This document shows positions 1 to 9,802 of a stretch of DNA of 64,000 nucleotides, piece after piece. The notes under the pieces are model-generated. The model saw only the letters and a program-made list of their open reading frames with translations. It had not been told where the DNA came from and did not search any database. Every line of letters begins with the position of its first letter. The first letter of the stretch is position 1. The stretch covers positions 66,499 to 130,498 of the forward strand of contig JAFWYK010000010.1 in assembly GCA_017517685.1 (NCBI GenBank), read 5' to 3'. Position numbers and translations under genes: made by a program. Source of the DNA: Clostridia bacterium (GTDB lineage: Bacteria > Bacillota > Clostridia > TANB77 > CAG-508).

Positions 1-49
1 CAGTAAAGAAAGTCAAATAAATTATATTTAATTTTGGGAGGATAAAAAG

Positions 50-304
50 ATGGCTATGGATAAAACAATGAGCTTTAAAGTAGACAAAGACAAAAGCATG
101 AGAGCAAAAGAAATTTTAAAAGAAGTATACCAAGCATTGGTAGAAAAAGGATATAACCCAATTAATCAAATCGTAGGATATATTTTATCTGGGGATCCTA
201 CTTATATTACTAGCCATAATGATGCTAGAAATTTAATCAGATTAATCGAAAGAGATGAATTATTAGAAAAAATGGTTAAATATTATATAGGATTGGAAGA
301 CTAA
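50..304 (+). CDS. ireB: IreB-family regulatory phosphoprotein (UPF0297 / YrzL-like)
   Basis: 84-aa ORF. Core [39 protein letters not shown] matches the UPF0297 family as I remember it. SD gggagg upstream. Conserved order ireB-ruvX-DUF1292. Confidence 0.8.
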   Translation: MAMDKTMSFKVDKDKSMRAKEILKEVYQALVEKGYNPINQIVGYILSGDPTYITSHNDARNLIRLIERDELLEKMVKYYIGLED

Positions 305-307
305 TAA

Positions 308-724
308 ATGAGAACATTAGGAATCGACTATGGTGATAGCAGAGTGGGTGTTGCAATAACAGATCCACTAGGCTTTACTGCTCAAGGTCTTGAAACTATT
401 TCACATGGTGGTAGCGACAAAGTATTGCTAAGAAGATTAGATGAAATCTTTGCACAATATGAAATTGATACTATTGTAGTTGGCATGCCATTAAATATGG
501 ATGGTACAAAAACTGAAAGAGCAGAAATAACAGAAAAATTTATCCATAAACTAAAATGTAAATATAATAAAGTAAAAATTGAAACTGTAGATGAAAGATT
601 AACTACAGTTGCAGCACATAAAACAATGAATTTTTTAGATGTTAATAAAACAAAGAAAAGAGGCATTGTTGATACTATTTCAGCGGTTTACATACTAGAA
701 ATGTATATGAATAAAAATAAGTAA
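308..724 (+). CDS. ruvX: Holliday junction resolvase-like nuclease RuvX (YqgF)
   Basis: 138 aa. N-terminus MRTLGIDYGDSRVGVAITD is the typical YqgF/RuvX start. Starts 4 nt after the ireB stop. Confidence 0.9.
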   Translation: MRTLGIDYGDSRVGVAITDPLGFTAQGLETISHGGSDKVLLRRLDEIFAQYEIDTIVVGMPLNMDGTKTERAEITEKFIHKLKCKYNKVKIETVDERLTTVAAHKTMNFLDVNKTKKRGIVDTISAVYILEMYMNKNK

Positions 725-840
725 GACTTTTAAGTTTGAAGATATTTTAAATTATTTGCAAAAAACTATTGCAAAAAAAATATCTTTAGTATATTATATT
801 TTTAGATTTGTATGAGAGGTACAAAGGAAGGAGAATTATA

Positions 841-1158
841 ATGAACGAAGAAAATAATGAATTAGATGAGAACATCAGCAACATCATAGTATTAAATGAT
901 GAAAACGGAAATGAAGTACAATTCGAATTTTTAGATTTAATAGAATATGATTCTGAAGAATACGTAGTATTATTACCAGTATTAGAAGACGGACAAGAAG
1001 ATGATGGAGAAGTTGTTATTCTTAAAGTTGATGATTCTGATGAAGCTAGTGATGAAGAATCTTATATCAGTGTTGATGACGAAGGAACATTAACAGCTGT
1101 ATTTGAAATCTTCAAAGAAAAATTCAAAGAAGAATTTAATTTCACAGATGGTGAATAA
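841..1158 (+). CDS. DUF1292 (UPF0473 / YrzB-like) acidic protein
   Basis: ORF-track frame trimmed to ATG 841, which follows SD aaggaaggag. The motif ...DENGNEVQFEFLDLIEYDSEEYVVLLP is typical of DUF1292. Usual partner of ireB/ruvX. Confidence 0.8.
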   Translation: MNEENNELDENISNIIVLNDENGNEVQFEFLDLIEYDSEEYVVLLPVLEDGQEDDGEVVILKVDDSDEASDEESYISVDDEGTLTAVFEIFKEKFKEEFNFTDGE

Positions 1159-1169
1159 TAAATAAAAAA

Positions 1170-1196
1170 TGCAGGCATAAGCCTGTATTTTTTTTA
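1170..1196 (+). terminator. Rho-independent terminator
   Basis: Hairpin tgcaggc-ataa-gcctgta followed by a T8 run. Confidence 0.7.
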
Positions 1197-1263
1197 TGTA
1201 AAATATCTTTTATTTTTTAAAAATATATGTTAAAATATATATGTTAAAAAGGAGGACATACAT

Positions 1264-1734
1264 ATGACAAGTTTGTTTAGTTATTTATTAACATTTTTAG
1301 CAATAATATTTTGGGCATTTAGAGCTGTAGTAACAGTTATGTATCAATTAGACAATCCACTTTTTTCAACACCTTCAAATGTTACATTTGAAATAGTGGT
1401 TTTATTCTTAACATTACCATGTTTAATAGGTGTTTGTAAAAGAAATATTGTTTTCGCAGCAGCATATTTAGGATTATATGCAACATATTTTGGAAATACA
1501 TTATTATTAGTTGTTCAAAACGCATCTAGTGTAGGAATAACATTAATTAACAGTGCAGATATGTTATGTACTGTTATAGGAATAATAATTCCATTATTAA
1601 CATTCTTTGATATTTTATTAAATAAACATAGAACAGTAGGTAAAAACGTTAAAAAAGAAGATTGGTTCTATGCAAACGAAGAATATGATAGAAAATTTGA
1701 TGAGAGAGCTGATAGAAATCAATATAGACTGTAG
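1264..1734 (+). CDS. hypothetical integral membrane protein
   Basis: 156-aa ORF with SD aaggagga 6 nt upstream. About 4 hydrophobic segments and a charged C-terminal tail. No family recognised. Confidence 0.6.
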   Translation: MTSLFSYLLTFLAIIFWAFRAVVTVMYQLDNPLFSTPSNVTFEIVVLFLTLPCLIGVCKRNIVFAAAYLGLYATYFGNTLLLVVQNASSVGITLINSADMLCTVIGIIIPLLTFFDILLNKHRTVGKNVKKEDWFYANEEYDRKFDERADRNQYRL

Positions 1735-1924
1735 TCAATATGATCAATGTTAGAAGCTTTGAAGAATGCGAAATATTCATTGCGTTCTGCAAAGCTTCTT
1801 TTGTGTTATAAAACTAAACTTAAGAGGAATAAAAGATGGAGATAAAAAATAGTATAAAAGTTCAATAGCGTTATTTATCAGTATAATTATTTTAATTATT
1901 TCTTCAATATATTGTAAATTAAAT

Positions 1925-2281
1925 ATGAATCAATTTAATAATACTGATGACTTTGTTAAGTCATTTGCTTGGATTGTTGGAAATGGTTTTTTAATTAATA
2001 TAGTATGGATAATTATAGTTCAAATAGCGATATTATTTTTAGTATTGATTAATAGAAAGAATAATACATTTATAAATGTGTTAGTATTTTTACTTGCACT
2101 TGCACATTTTGCTTATACAAATTTTAGTGCAATTCCATTTATTGCTTTAAATATATTAGAAAAAAGTAAAGTGATAGAAACGGTAGTTATTGTATTATTT
2201 GAAATTGTTAATATTTATGCAATAATTAATATTATAAAAAGAATACATTATACAAAAAAGAAAACAAAACGTTCTAAATAG
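1925..2281 (+). CDS. hypothetical membrane protein (5' end uncertain, possibly frameshifted)
   Basis: 118-aa ORF with about 3 TM segments. No SD before ATG 1925. ATG 1836 has SD aagagg and would read into this frame if the A4 run at 1856-1859 were A5. Confidence 0.5.
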   Translation: MNQFNNTDDFVKSFAWIVGNGFLINIVWIIIVQIAILFLVLINRKNNTFINVLVFLLALAHFAYTNFSAIPFIALNILEKSKVIETVVIVLFEIVNIYAIINIIKRIHYTKKKTKRSK

Positions 2282-2292
2282 GAGTTTAAATT

Positions 2293-2700
2293 ATGAAAAA
2301 TAAAAAGATTATCATTGCTATATTTTTAATACTTTTAATTGCAGCTGTAGTGGCTTTAGAACTAGTTTTATATAATAAGAATTATAATGACGTACCTGAA
2401 AATTACATTGCTGTTTTTGTTGGAACACCAAATAGTGAAATAACATATAGAACTTATATATACAAGGAAAATAATGAACAAGCCAACTTTGGTTTTACAT
2501 ATATAAATACAACTAGCAATACAATTTCGTGGGGAAGCCCAGAATGGGAGATGAAAGTTACAGGACGTGGAAAAGTTTCATGGACTGATGATGTTTTTAA
2601 AGTAGCAAAAGAAAATAATGCATATTCATTTGTTAGATTGCCAAATGATGATAAAATGTATACCATAGAAGAATTTATGACAATGTTTAGTATGGATTAA
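2293..2700 (+). CDS. hypothetical protein with N-terminal signal-anchor
   Basis: 135-aa ORF. SD aggag upstream. N-terminal hydrophobic helix IIIAIFLILLIAAVVALELVL. No family recognised. Confidence 0.6.
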   Translation: MKNKKIIIAIFLILLIAAVVALELVLYNKNYNDVPENYIAVFVGTPNSEITYRTYIYKENNEQANFGFTYINTTSNTISWGSPEWEMKVTGRGKVSWTDDVFKVAKENNAYSFVRLPNDDKMYTIEEFMTMFSMD

Positions 2701-2727
2701 AAGATATGAATAAAGGAAGTGAAAAAA

Positions 2728-3615
2728 TTGAATGGAGAAAATTTAAATCAATTAAATATTAACTGGTTCCCAGGGCATATGGCAAAAACAAGAAGACAAA
2801 TAGAAGAAGACTTAAAAATCATTGATGTTGTCATAGAATTACTAGATGCTAGAATACCATTATCTAGTAGAAATCCTGATATAAAATTTTTAACTAAGAA
2901 TAAAAGAAAAATAATTCTTTTAAATAAAGCGGATCTTGCTGATGATGCTATTAATAAAAAATGGGTAGAAAAACTTTCTAAAGAAGCACCAGTACTTTTA
3001 ACAGATTCTAATTCAGGAAAAGGAATTGAAAAAGTTACTAAAAAAATAGAAGAATTAATGGCTGAAGAACTTGCAAGACAAGCTGCAAAAGGAAGAATCA
3101 ATAAAACAATTAGAGTAATGATTTTAGGAATTCCAAATGTTGGTAAATCATCATTTATTAATAGAATTTCTAAAAAGACATCAATGGAAGTTGGAAATAG
3201 ACCTGGTGTAACAAAATCAAAACAATGGATTAGAATTTCTAAAAACCAAGAATTATTAGATACACCTGGTGTATTATGGCCAAAATTTCAAAGTAATGAA
3301 ATTGCTCTTAATTTAGCATTTACTGGAACTATTAAAGATGATATTTTAGAAAGAGTTGAAGTTGCTTATGAATTATTAAAAGTTCTTCATAAAGATTATA
3401 AAAAGAATCTTCAAGAAAGATATAAAATATCAGACGAAGAAATGAAAGAAATTGAAACACATTCAAATCATATTTATGAATTAATGCAAGTAATCGGTAA
3501 AAAAAGAGGAGCATTAGTTTCAGGTGGAAATACTGATGATGAAAAAGTTGCTAGAATTATATTAGATGATTTTAGAAATTGTAAAATAGGAAAAATAAGT
3601 TTAGAAAAACCATAA
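2728..3615 (+). CDS. rbgA: ribosome biogenesis GTPase A (RbgA/YlqF)
   Basis: WFPGHMAKTRRQI start motif and circularly permuted GTPase motifs (NKADL ... GIPNVGKSS ... DTPG). Start moved to TTG 2728 (SD aaggaag 8 nt upstream), because GTG 2719 abuts the SD. Confidence 0.9.
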   Translation: MNGENLNQLNINWFPGHMAKTRRQIEEDLKIIDVVIELLDARIPLSSRNPDIKFLTKNKRKIILLNKADLADDAINKKWVEKLSKEAPVLLTDSNSGKGIEKVTKKIEELMAEELARQAAKGRINKTIRVMILGIPNVGKSSFINRISKKTSMEVGNRPGVTKSKQWIRISKNQELLDTPGVLWPKFQSNEIALNLAFTGTIKDDILERVEVAYELLKVLHKDYKKNLQERYKISDEEMKEIETHSNHIYELMQVIGKKRGALVSGGNTDDEKVARIILDDFRNCKIGKISLEKP

Positions 3616-3626
3616 AGGAGATTAAT

Positions 3627-4022
3627 TTGGAATTTATAAAAAGAGAAAAAGATTTGCAAGATGCAAAAATGTTATCACCATTAGTTTGGGCTTATGTTGG
3701 AGATAGTGTATATGAATTATTTGTAAGAACAAAATTAACTAATAATTCAAATGCAAAACCACATAAATTACATATTGAATCAATTAAGTATGTTAAAGCA
3801 AAAGCGCAAGCGGATATTTTAAAAAGTATTATGGATGAGTTAACAGAGGAAGAAAAAGATATTGTAAGACGTGGAAGAAATACAGAAAATCATCATGTAG
3901 CTAAAAATTCTAATGTAGCTGATTATAGTCAATCAACAGCATTTGAAGCTTTAATTGGATACTTATATTTAACAAAACAAGATGAAAGATTAGAAGAAAT
4001 TTTAAATATGTGTATTAAATAA
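3627..4022 (+). CDS. mrnC: Mini-ribonuclease 3 (MrnC)
   Basis: 131 aa. The LVWAYVGDSVYELFVR motif and size fit Mini-III. TTG start after SD aaggag. Confidence 0.85.
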   Translation: MEFIKREKDLQDAKMLSPLVWAYVGDSVYELFVRTKLTNNSNAKPHKLHIESIKYVKAKAQADILKSIMDELTEEEKDIVRRGRNTENHHVAKNSNVADYSQSTAFEALIGYLYLTKQDERLEEILNMCIK

Positions 4023-4030
4023 AGATGAAA

Positions 4031-4060
4031 AAGATATAACGAAAATGTTATATCTTTTTT
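4031..4060 (+). terminator. Rho-independent terminator
   Basis: aagatataac-gaaaat-gttatatctt hairpin followed by a T-run. Confidence 0.75.
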
Positions 4061-4122
4061 CTTGATTTAAAAAATTCTTATATATATAATAAGTCTATAT
4101 AATTACTATATATGAGGGAGAT

Positions 4123-5613
4123 ATGACAAAAGAAAAGAATATAATTGATTTTAAGTTAATAGGAATTATTTTTGGAGTAGTAATGCTGTTCGTTTTATTA
4201 TTACTACCATATAATTATTGTTCAGATTATTATAATTTAAAAATTGATGGATATACAGATTATGCTAATTATTGGTTTGCTTCATCTGGTAGAACAGTTG
4301 GAATGGCAACATTATATCTATTTGATTACTTAAATGTAGAAATAGAATCTTTTGTTATCATTATGAAAATCTTAGCAATATTAATTGCAACGATTACTAT
4401 TTATACTTTTATAAACATGGTATATAGTAAGTTAGATTCGCGTAATGAAAACATAACTAAAAAGAAGAAAATTTTAGTTGTAGTAGCCTCACTTCTTGTG
4501 TTTTTAAATATGGGGGGATATCAATTTTTCTATTATTCTGAATCAGCAATAATGTGGCTTTCTGTTTTACTTACAGTACTTGCTGTAAAACATACAATCG
4601 ATAAAAATAATAAGTTAAGATTTATAAAAGGTTTTCTTCTATTATTTGTAGCTATGAATTGTTATCAATCAACAATTCTATTATATATTCCAGCAGCTCT
4701 TTTATTTGTTGGTATAGATAAAGAAAATAGAAAAGAACTAATAAAAGAAACGATAAAGCTTTGTGTTTTAGTTGCACTTTGTTTTATCTGTGGATATGCA
4801 ATCATACAAGGTTTAATTTATCTTTTTAATATAGAGCCATTTAGAGATAATACATTAACAGTTAGTTTAGAGTCTTTTATAGATTCTATAGTTCGTTTAT
4901 TATTTCTTAACTATGAAAAAGATCCTAATTATTTTTATGCAATTATTTATTTGATCTTATTTGTAATATCAAAATCGTTAGATAAAAGATGGTTTAAAAA
5001 CGACAAGTCTGTTTCAAATTTAATATTATTCTTTTTAATTGCTAGTGCTTTTTTTCAAATAGTATTAGTTGTTGCTTTAGTTCAATTTTATATAGCTGAT
5101 AGAATAGTTTTTGCATACTTTGCGGTATTGGGATTAATATTTTTATATTATTTAATGTATACTGATATTTTTAAAAATAATAGATTATTAGAAATGGCAA
5201 TTATATTAGCAACAATTTATTTATGCTATATGATTATTAAAGCTGGAAATATTTCGGTTTTAAATAGATATGCAAGGTATATGGATAGTGTAGAAGGATA
5301 TTCTATTGTTAGAGAAATTAAAGATTATGAGAATGCAAGTAAATGTAAAGTTACTAAAATAGTATATTGTATGGATGAGAGTACAGAACATGATTGGCCA
5401 GGATTGAGAGTTGTTGGTGATCCAACATATAGAATATTTGCTGGAGAATGGGTAATAAAAAGTGCAGTAGAATATTATTCGGGAAATAAAATTGAAAGTT
5501 GCATAAAAAATCAATATGCTCATGAACAAATATTTAACTTAAAAAATTGGGATAGTTTTGATGAAGAACAAATAGAATTTGATGGAGATACAATGTATTT
5601 CTGTATGTACTAA
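4123..5613 (+). CDS. polytopic membrane protein, possible GT-C-like glycosyltransferase (function unproven)
   Basis: 496 aa, at least 10 hydrophobic segments plus a ~110-aa soluble C-terminus. SD gagggag upstream. First-loop motif DGYTDYANYWFASSGR resembles DDYNY...NNWTGR in the 56146 protein. Confidence 0.55.
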   Translation: MTKEKNIIDFKLIGIIFGVVMLFVLLLLPYNYCSDYYNLKIDGYTDYANYWFASSGRTVGMATLYLFDYLNVEIESFVIIMKILAILIATITIYTFINMVYSKLDSRNENITKKKKILVVVASLLVFLNMGGYQFFYYSESAIMWLSVLLTVLAVKHTIDKNNKLRFIKGFLLLFVAMNCYQSTILLYIPAALLFVGIDKENRKELIKETIKLCVLVALCFICGYAIIQGLIYLFNIEPFRDNTLTVSLESFIDSIVRLLFLNYEKDPNYFYAIIYLILFVISKSLDKRWFKNDKSVSNLILFFLIASAFFQIVLVVALVQFYIADRIVFAYFAVLGLIFLYYLMYTDIFKNNRLLEMAIILATIYLCYMIIKAGNISVLNRYARYMDSVEGYSIVREIKDYENASKCKVTKIVYCMDESTEHDWPGLRVVGDPTYRIFAGEWVIKSAVEYYSGNKIESCIKNQYAHEQIFNLKNWDSFDEEQIEFDGDTMYFCMY

Positions 5614-5632
5614 TTATTAATAAAAATAAAAA

Positions 5633-5661
5633 AGATGGAAATGAAAATTTCCATCTTTTTT
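5633..5661. terminator. bidirectional terminator
   Basis: agatggaaa-tgaaaa-tttccatct hairpin flanked by an A-run (left) and a T-run (right). Sits between the convergent 4123 gene and the tRNA. Confidence 0.7.
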
Positions 5662-5736
5662 TGGTGACCCCTACGGGAATCGAACCCATGATTCCACCTT
5701 GAGAGGGTGGCGTCTTAGCCGCTTGACCAAGGGGCC
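5662..5736 (-). tRNA. tRNA-Glu (anticodon CUC)
   Basis: 75-nt cloverleaf folded by hand on the minus strand. Acceptor GGCCCCT/AGGGGTC, anticodon arm CCACC-CTCTCAA-GGTGG, T arm ATGGG-TTCGATT-CCCGT, encoded CCA end. Confidence 0.85.
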
Positions 5737-5755
5737 AACATTAGTCAGCTATTTA

Positions 5756-5784
5756 TTTATAACATATTTTTAATTCTTAGTCAA
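5756..5784 (-). promoter_or_regulatory. sigma-A-type promoter for the tRNA
   Basis: On the minus strand TTGACT-17 nt-TATAAA, ending about 19 nt upstream of the mature tRNA 5' end. Confidence 0.55.
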
Positions 5785-5930
5785 TAATTTTATAAGTAAA
5801 AGTTTTTTAAACATAAAAAAATGGTTAAAATTAGATTACTTTTACTTTACAAAATCCTGAAATTATTGAGAAAAAATACTCTATATGATATATATGAGAT
5901 ATGGGAAAATAGGATTCATAGGAGATTTTT

Positions 5931-8900
5931 ATGGAAGAACTAATTGATGTATTTTTAGATGAACTTATAGATAAAAAAGAAATATCTCAAAATGAAAGAA
6001 CAGATATGAAATTGACTCTTTTAGAAGCTATGCCAAATGGCTTAAATGACGAGACAAAGACAAGAGTAATGTCTACATTAAAAAGTAAAATGGAAACACC
6101 TTCAGCTAATATTTTTACTGACAAAGGTGTTAATATAGAAGCTGTTAGAACAATTGCAACTGAGACTGTAAAAAATGTTGTTGAAACAGTTGAAAAAGAA
6201 ACTTCAGCTAGAGAAGAGGCTGAAGCTAAACGTGCTGCAAAAGTAGATGATGCATTAAGTCAAACTATTGCTGAAGCTGATGAAAAAGAAAATATAATTA
6301 AAGAACAGGAAAATGTTAATGAAAAAAATGATGATGATCTTTATTATGAAGATCCAATTTATTTTAAAGTTTCACATAAATCTATGCAACAAGCATATAA
6401 AGAAATAGAAGAAGAATATGCAGGTCGTGAAATTGATGAAGATTTAAAACTAGAATTTGCATTATCTAAAGCTTCATACTTAGATTATAATAATTTAGTA
6501 AAAAAGTATATAGAACAAGGAAAGCCAATTGCAGAGGCTATATCTATTGCATTACTAGAGACGTCAGATGGTAATACTAATATAATAGAAGCAAATAGAG
6601 ATAGATTACTTGGTGAAGCACTTCAACGTGTATTGGTTTATTTAGATGATGCGATAGAACAAAAATTAAATGTATATGAATATATAAATGTAGTTTTGGA
6701 AGAACATGCTGATGAATTTGTAGGAATTGAAAACTTAGATGTTTTAGTAAAAAAAGTTTTTGAGTTTTATCAACACAAATGTGGTTGGGACGAGAAATAT
6801 TTAATGGGAGAAAAGGATACTTTTGAAATTGTTGAGAAAACGGATAATGCAAAGGAGCCAGATGAACTTGATGATAGTCAAAAAATTGAAATTGTTAAGG
6901 CTAGTATTATTAAAGAGTTATATGATGGATATGGTTTTGAAGAGGCATACAAACGAGCAATGCAAAAATATGAAAAATATTTTATCTCATTAGAGAATAC
7001 TTTTGATTTAGTAAGTAATCTAAGAGATAGTTTATTATCTTGGGGATTTACAGAAGAAGAGTTAGATAATGGTAATATAGATAAAAAGAAGTGGGATTTG
7101 TATGTAAAAGATAATGCAGCTCAAATTAAAGAATCTGAATCAGAGCAGGGAGAAATGAGTAGTGCAAGCGAATATACTAATAAAGTTTTATCTGTTACTG
7201 GAATAAAGATTGTTGTATTTGACAGAAGTGAAGCGTTTCAACATAGACAAAGTGTTGCAGATATACTTAGAAAGCAAAATATTGAAACATATAAAGATGC
7301 AATAAATGAAATTAATAAAAATAAAGATAGAGACGGGTATACTCTTTTAAATAAATTTGCTCAGGAAAAAAGAAAGATAGAGGCGCAGTACTTATTAGTT
7401 AAGCAAAATAGAAAACTGGATGACGAAGAAATTGCAAAAGGAGAATTAAGTACTGAAAGAAAAAATTTACTTGAACAAAGAGATTATTATATAAAAAGAG
7501 CAACAAAACTTTATATGACAGGTGAAAAATCCGTTTATGAGATTTTAGAAGAACTTGGAGAAAACGCAGTAAAATATGAAATAATACCAAAAGATATTAT
7601 TAATAGTGCTTCTGAAATTATAAAAAAGAATAATCCTAATGCAATTAGAGTAATTTCATCTAGTGAAACTACTATGATGTATAAACAAATGATGTTAGAA
7701 GTGGCTTATAAAGAGTTAGATGGATTGAAAGATAGTGATATTGAAAGGACTGAATTGATTGAAAATATAGCAAAAATAGAGAGAGAAATTACTGAATTAA
7801 GAAGAAAAGCTACAGAAATTAAAGTGCAATGTGGAACTTTTGATAAGGATAGAGCTATAGAATTAGAACAAGATTTATTGAATGATATACAAACGTCATA
7901 TAATCTTACGAATAAATTTGAAAAATTGTTAGAAATGCAAAGCTTGTATTTAGTTATTCAAGATAAATCAAAAGAAAAAGGTATTACGATGGAATCGGCA
8001 GCTAAAATAATATTTGCAGAAAAAAAGACATCAAGAGAGTTGTTTGGGATAGAATTAGTAGATGCAATGAATAAATATGATGATGGTGAATCTATAGAAG
8101 TTTTTCCTATAGTAAAAGAAAGTTTAAAAAGAGTTAATGATCAATATAAAGAATTGGTTGAACAAAATATAAGTAATATAGATAGGAATATATCGAAATC
8201 TATAATGCATGATACAATTGATATTGATTGTACAGCAGCCATACTTGAAAAAGAAAGATATTCTCGTGAAGTGCGTAGAATAGATAAAAGAGATTTAGCA
8301 CTTACAAAATCAAATCAAGCTTTTGATAGAAAAGAAGTAACTGATATTAAATATGGATATATAAAACAAGCTGTTGCAGCATATTATGAAAAAGGTATTA
8401 GTATAGCTGATATTTATGAAACGTTTAAGGCGAATGGTAAAAATATAGAGCCAAATGAAATTATAAAAGGCATACTTATGGTTGCAGAAAAATTTGGAGT
8501 TGGTACTAAAGATCAACATAAAGATTTTGCAACAAAAGAGCTGGAATCATTTAATGAACACTTGAAAATTAATGCGTGGAAATCATTAAGAAAAAACGCG
8601 CGAATTAGTTCTAATTTACCTGCAGTAGAAACATTTGATGAAGATATTGAACAATCAAAGAGAATAATAGCTCAAAATTTACAAGATAATAGTCTTTTAA
8701 GAGCGGCAGTAAGGGAACGAGATGAAGCTTACAAGAATATGTTTGGTGTTGAGCTGTTTGAAAATGAACCACAAAGAAGATTAAAATTAGCAAAAGGCCC
8801 TATGATTGTTGGAAAAGGTGCTTTTAAGAGAAAAAATAAACATCAAAAAGAAAGTGAAGCTTATGGAGATGAACAAAAAATTCATAGTGAGCAACCTAGA

Positions 8901-9047
8901 AGGGTTGGTTTGATGAATGTTGCTAAGGTGTTAGAAACATCAGGAACAACTTCACAAGAAATAGTTGGAGAAGTTACAGATTTAAATAAATTTGCAAGAG
9001 CACAAGACGATAGAGTAGTTGATTCATCAGAGCAAAGAGATTCATAA
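5931..9047 (+). CDS. large acidic, predicted all-helical/coiled-coil protein of unknown function
   Basis: 1038-aa uninterrupted ORF in a genome where long random ORFs are unlikely. SD aggag upstream. E/K/D-rich, no TM segment, no catalytic or nucleotide-binding motif recognised. Confidence 0.7.
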   Translation: MEELIDVFLDELIDKKEISQNERTDMKLTLLEAMPNGLNDETKTRVMSTLKSKMETPSANIFTDKGVNIEAVRTIATETVKNVVETVEKETSAREEAEAKRAAKVDDALSQTIAEADEKENIIKEQENVNEKNDDDLYYEDPIYFKVSHKSMQQAYKEIEEEYAGREIDEDLKLEFALSKASYLDYNNLVKKYIEQGKPIAEAISIALLETSDGNTNIIEANRDRLLGEALQRVLVYLDDAIEQKLNVYEYINVVLEEHADEFVGIENLDVLVKKVFEFYQHKCGWDEKYLMGEKDTFEIVEKTDNAKEPDELDDSQKIEIVKASIIKELYDGYGFEEAYKRAMQKYEKYFISLENTFDLVSNLRDSLLSWGFTEEELDNGNIDKKKWDLYVKDNAAQIKESESEQGEMSSASEYTNKVLSVTGIKIVVFDRSEAFQHRQSVADILRKQNIETYKDAINEINKNKDRDGYTLLNKFAQEKRKIEAQYLLVKQNRKLDDEEIAKGELSTERKNLLEQRDYYIKRATKLYMTGEKSVYEILEELGENAVKYEIIPKDIINSASEIIKKNNPNAIRVISSSETTMMYKQMMLEVAYKELDGLKDSDIERTELIENIAKIEREITELRRKATEIKVQCGTFDKDRAIELEQDLLNDIQTSYNLTNKFEKLLEMQSLYLVIQDKSKEKGITMESAAKIIFAEKKTSRELFGIELVDAMNKYDDGESIEVFPIVKESLKRVNDQYKELVEQNISNIDRNISKSIMHDTIDIDCTAAILEKERYSREVRRIDKRDLALTKSNQAFDRKEVTDIKYGYIKQAVAAYYEKGISIADIYETFKANGKNIEPNEIIKGILMVAEKFGVGTKDQHKDFATKELESFNEHLKINAWKSLRKNARISSNLPAVETFDEDIEQSKRIIAQNLQDNSLLRAAVRERDEAYKNMFGVELFENEPQRRLKLAKGPMIVGKGAFKRKNKHQKESEAYGDEQKIHSEQPRRVGLMNVAKVLETSGTTSQEIVGEVTDLNKFARAQDDRVVDSSEQRDS

Positions 9048-9054
9048 AAAATAA

Positions 9055-9095
9055 AACCAATAATCTAACAATTAAGTTGGATTATTGGTTTTTTT
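9055..9095. terminator. bidirectional terminator
   Basis: aaccaataatc ... gattattggtt 11-bp stem, with an A-run on the left and a T-run on the right. Overlaps the last codons of the convergent minus-strand gene. Confidence 0.7.
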
Positions 9096-9590
9096 AAATA
9101 TTTTAAATGCTAAATTTCTAAATGGAGTAAATAGTTTTTTGTACCATGGAAGAGAATTGTAATCTAAAAGTTGTGTAGTTTCTTCATTTAGTGTTTCTTC
9201 TATAGATACAGATTTAATAACAGCTGGTTCTTCAACTTGTTTTGAAGATTCAAAGATTTTATCTGGATGATATTGTTCTTTACGAGTTTCTTCAAGGTTT
9301 TTATCATTTTCAGCGATTACTTCTTTTAGAATAGTTATTTCTTCGTCTGTTTCACACCAATATTTTAAAGCAAGTACTGCAATAAGTGCAGCTGTTTTCT
9401 TTGAAATATTTTGTTCATGAATTGGAACAGATATATCTAAATGATTTTCATATGTAGTTAAAGCGTTTTTGTTAAAGATATTCATCATTTTTGAAGGAAT
9501 TTTGTCTATAAATTTTTTATTCAAAAATGAAAGAATTTCTAGTAACTCAGCATAAGCATAAGATTGCTCAGCAGAGATATCTGATGACAT
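9072..9590 (-). CDS. hypothetical protein
   Basis: ORF-track frame trimmed to ATG 9590 (MSSDISAEQ...), preceded by SD gaagga. The longer N-terminus would run through the promoter region. Divergent from the XRE regulator gene. No family recognised. Confidence 0.55.
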   Translation of the reverse strand: MSSDISAEQSYAYAELLEILSFLNKKFIDKIPSKMMNIFNKNALTTYENHLDISVPIHEQNISKKTAALIAVLALKYWCETDEEITILKEVIAENDKNLEETRKEQYHPDKIFESSKQVEEPAVIKSVSIEETLNEETTQLLDYNSLPWYKKLFTPFRNLAFKIFKKTNNPT

Positions 9591-9802
9591 ATTAAATCCT
9601 TCTTTCAATATAAAATAATATAGTATAATTGTATAAATAAGTTTTAAAGACTGCAATAACAAAAATATGTCATTTTTGTTAAAATTGTTGCAAAACAAGA
9701 GATGCAACCACTGGTTGTCAAATTTTAAAGTATAATTGGTAGTATTATTTTTAAATTATATGTATAATTAATATATGGATATCCTAAAAAGGGGTGATAC
9801 AA

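Noticed and set aside
1-20. Possible 3' end of an upstream gene (…VKKVK-TAA), perhaps alaS by synteny.
   Set aside because: Only six codons are visible, which cannot support a call.
5613-5931. tRNA-Glu as an integration site of a genomic island.
   Set aside because: There is no integrase, no direct repeat of the tRNA 3' end, and no compositional break next to the tRNA.
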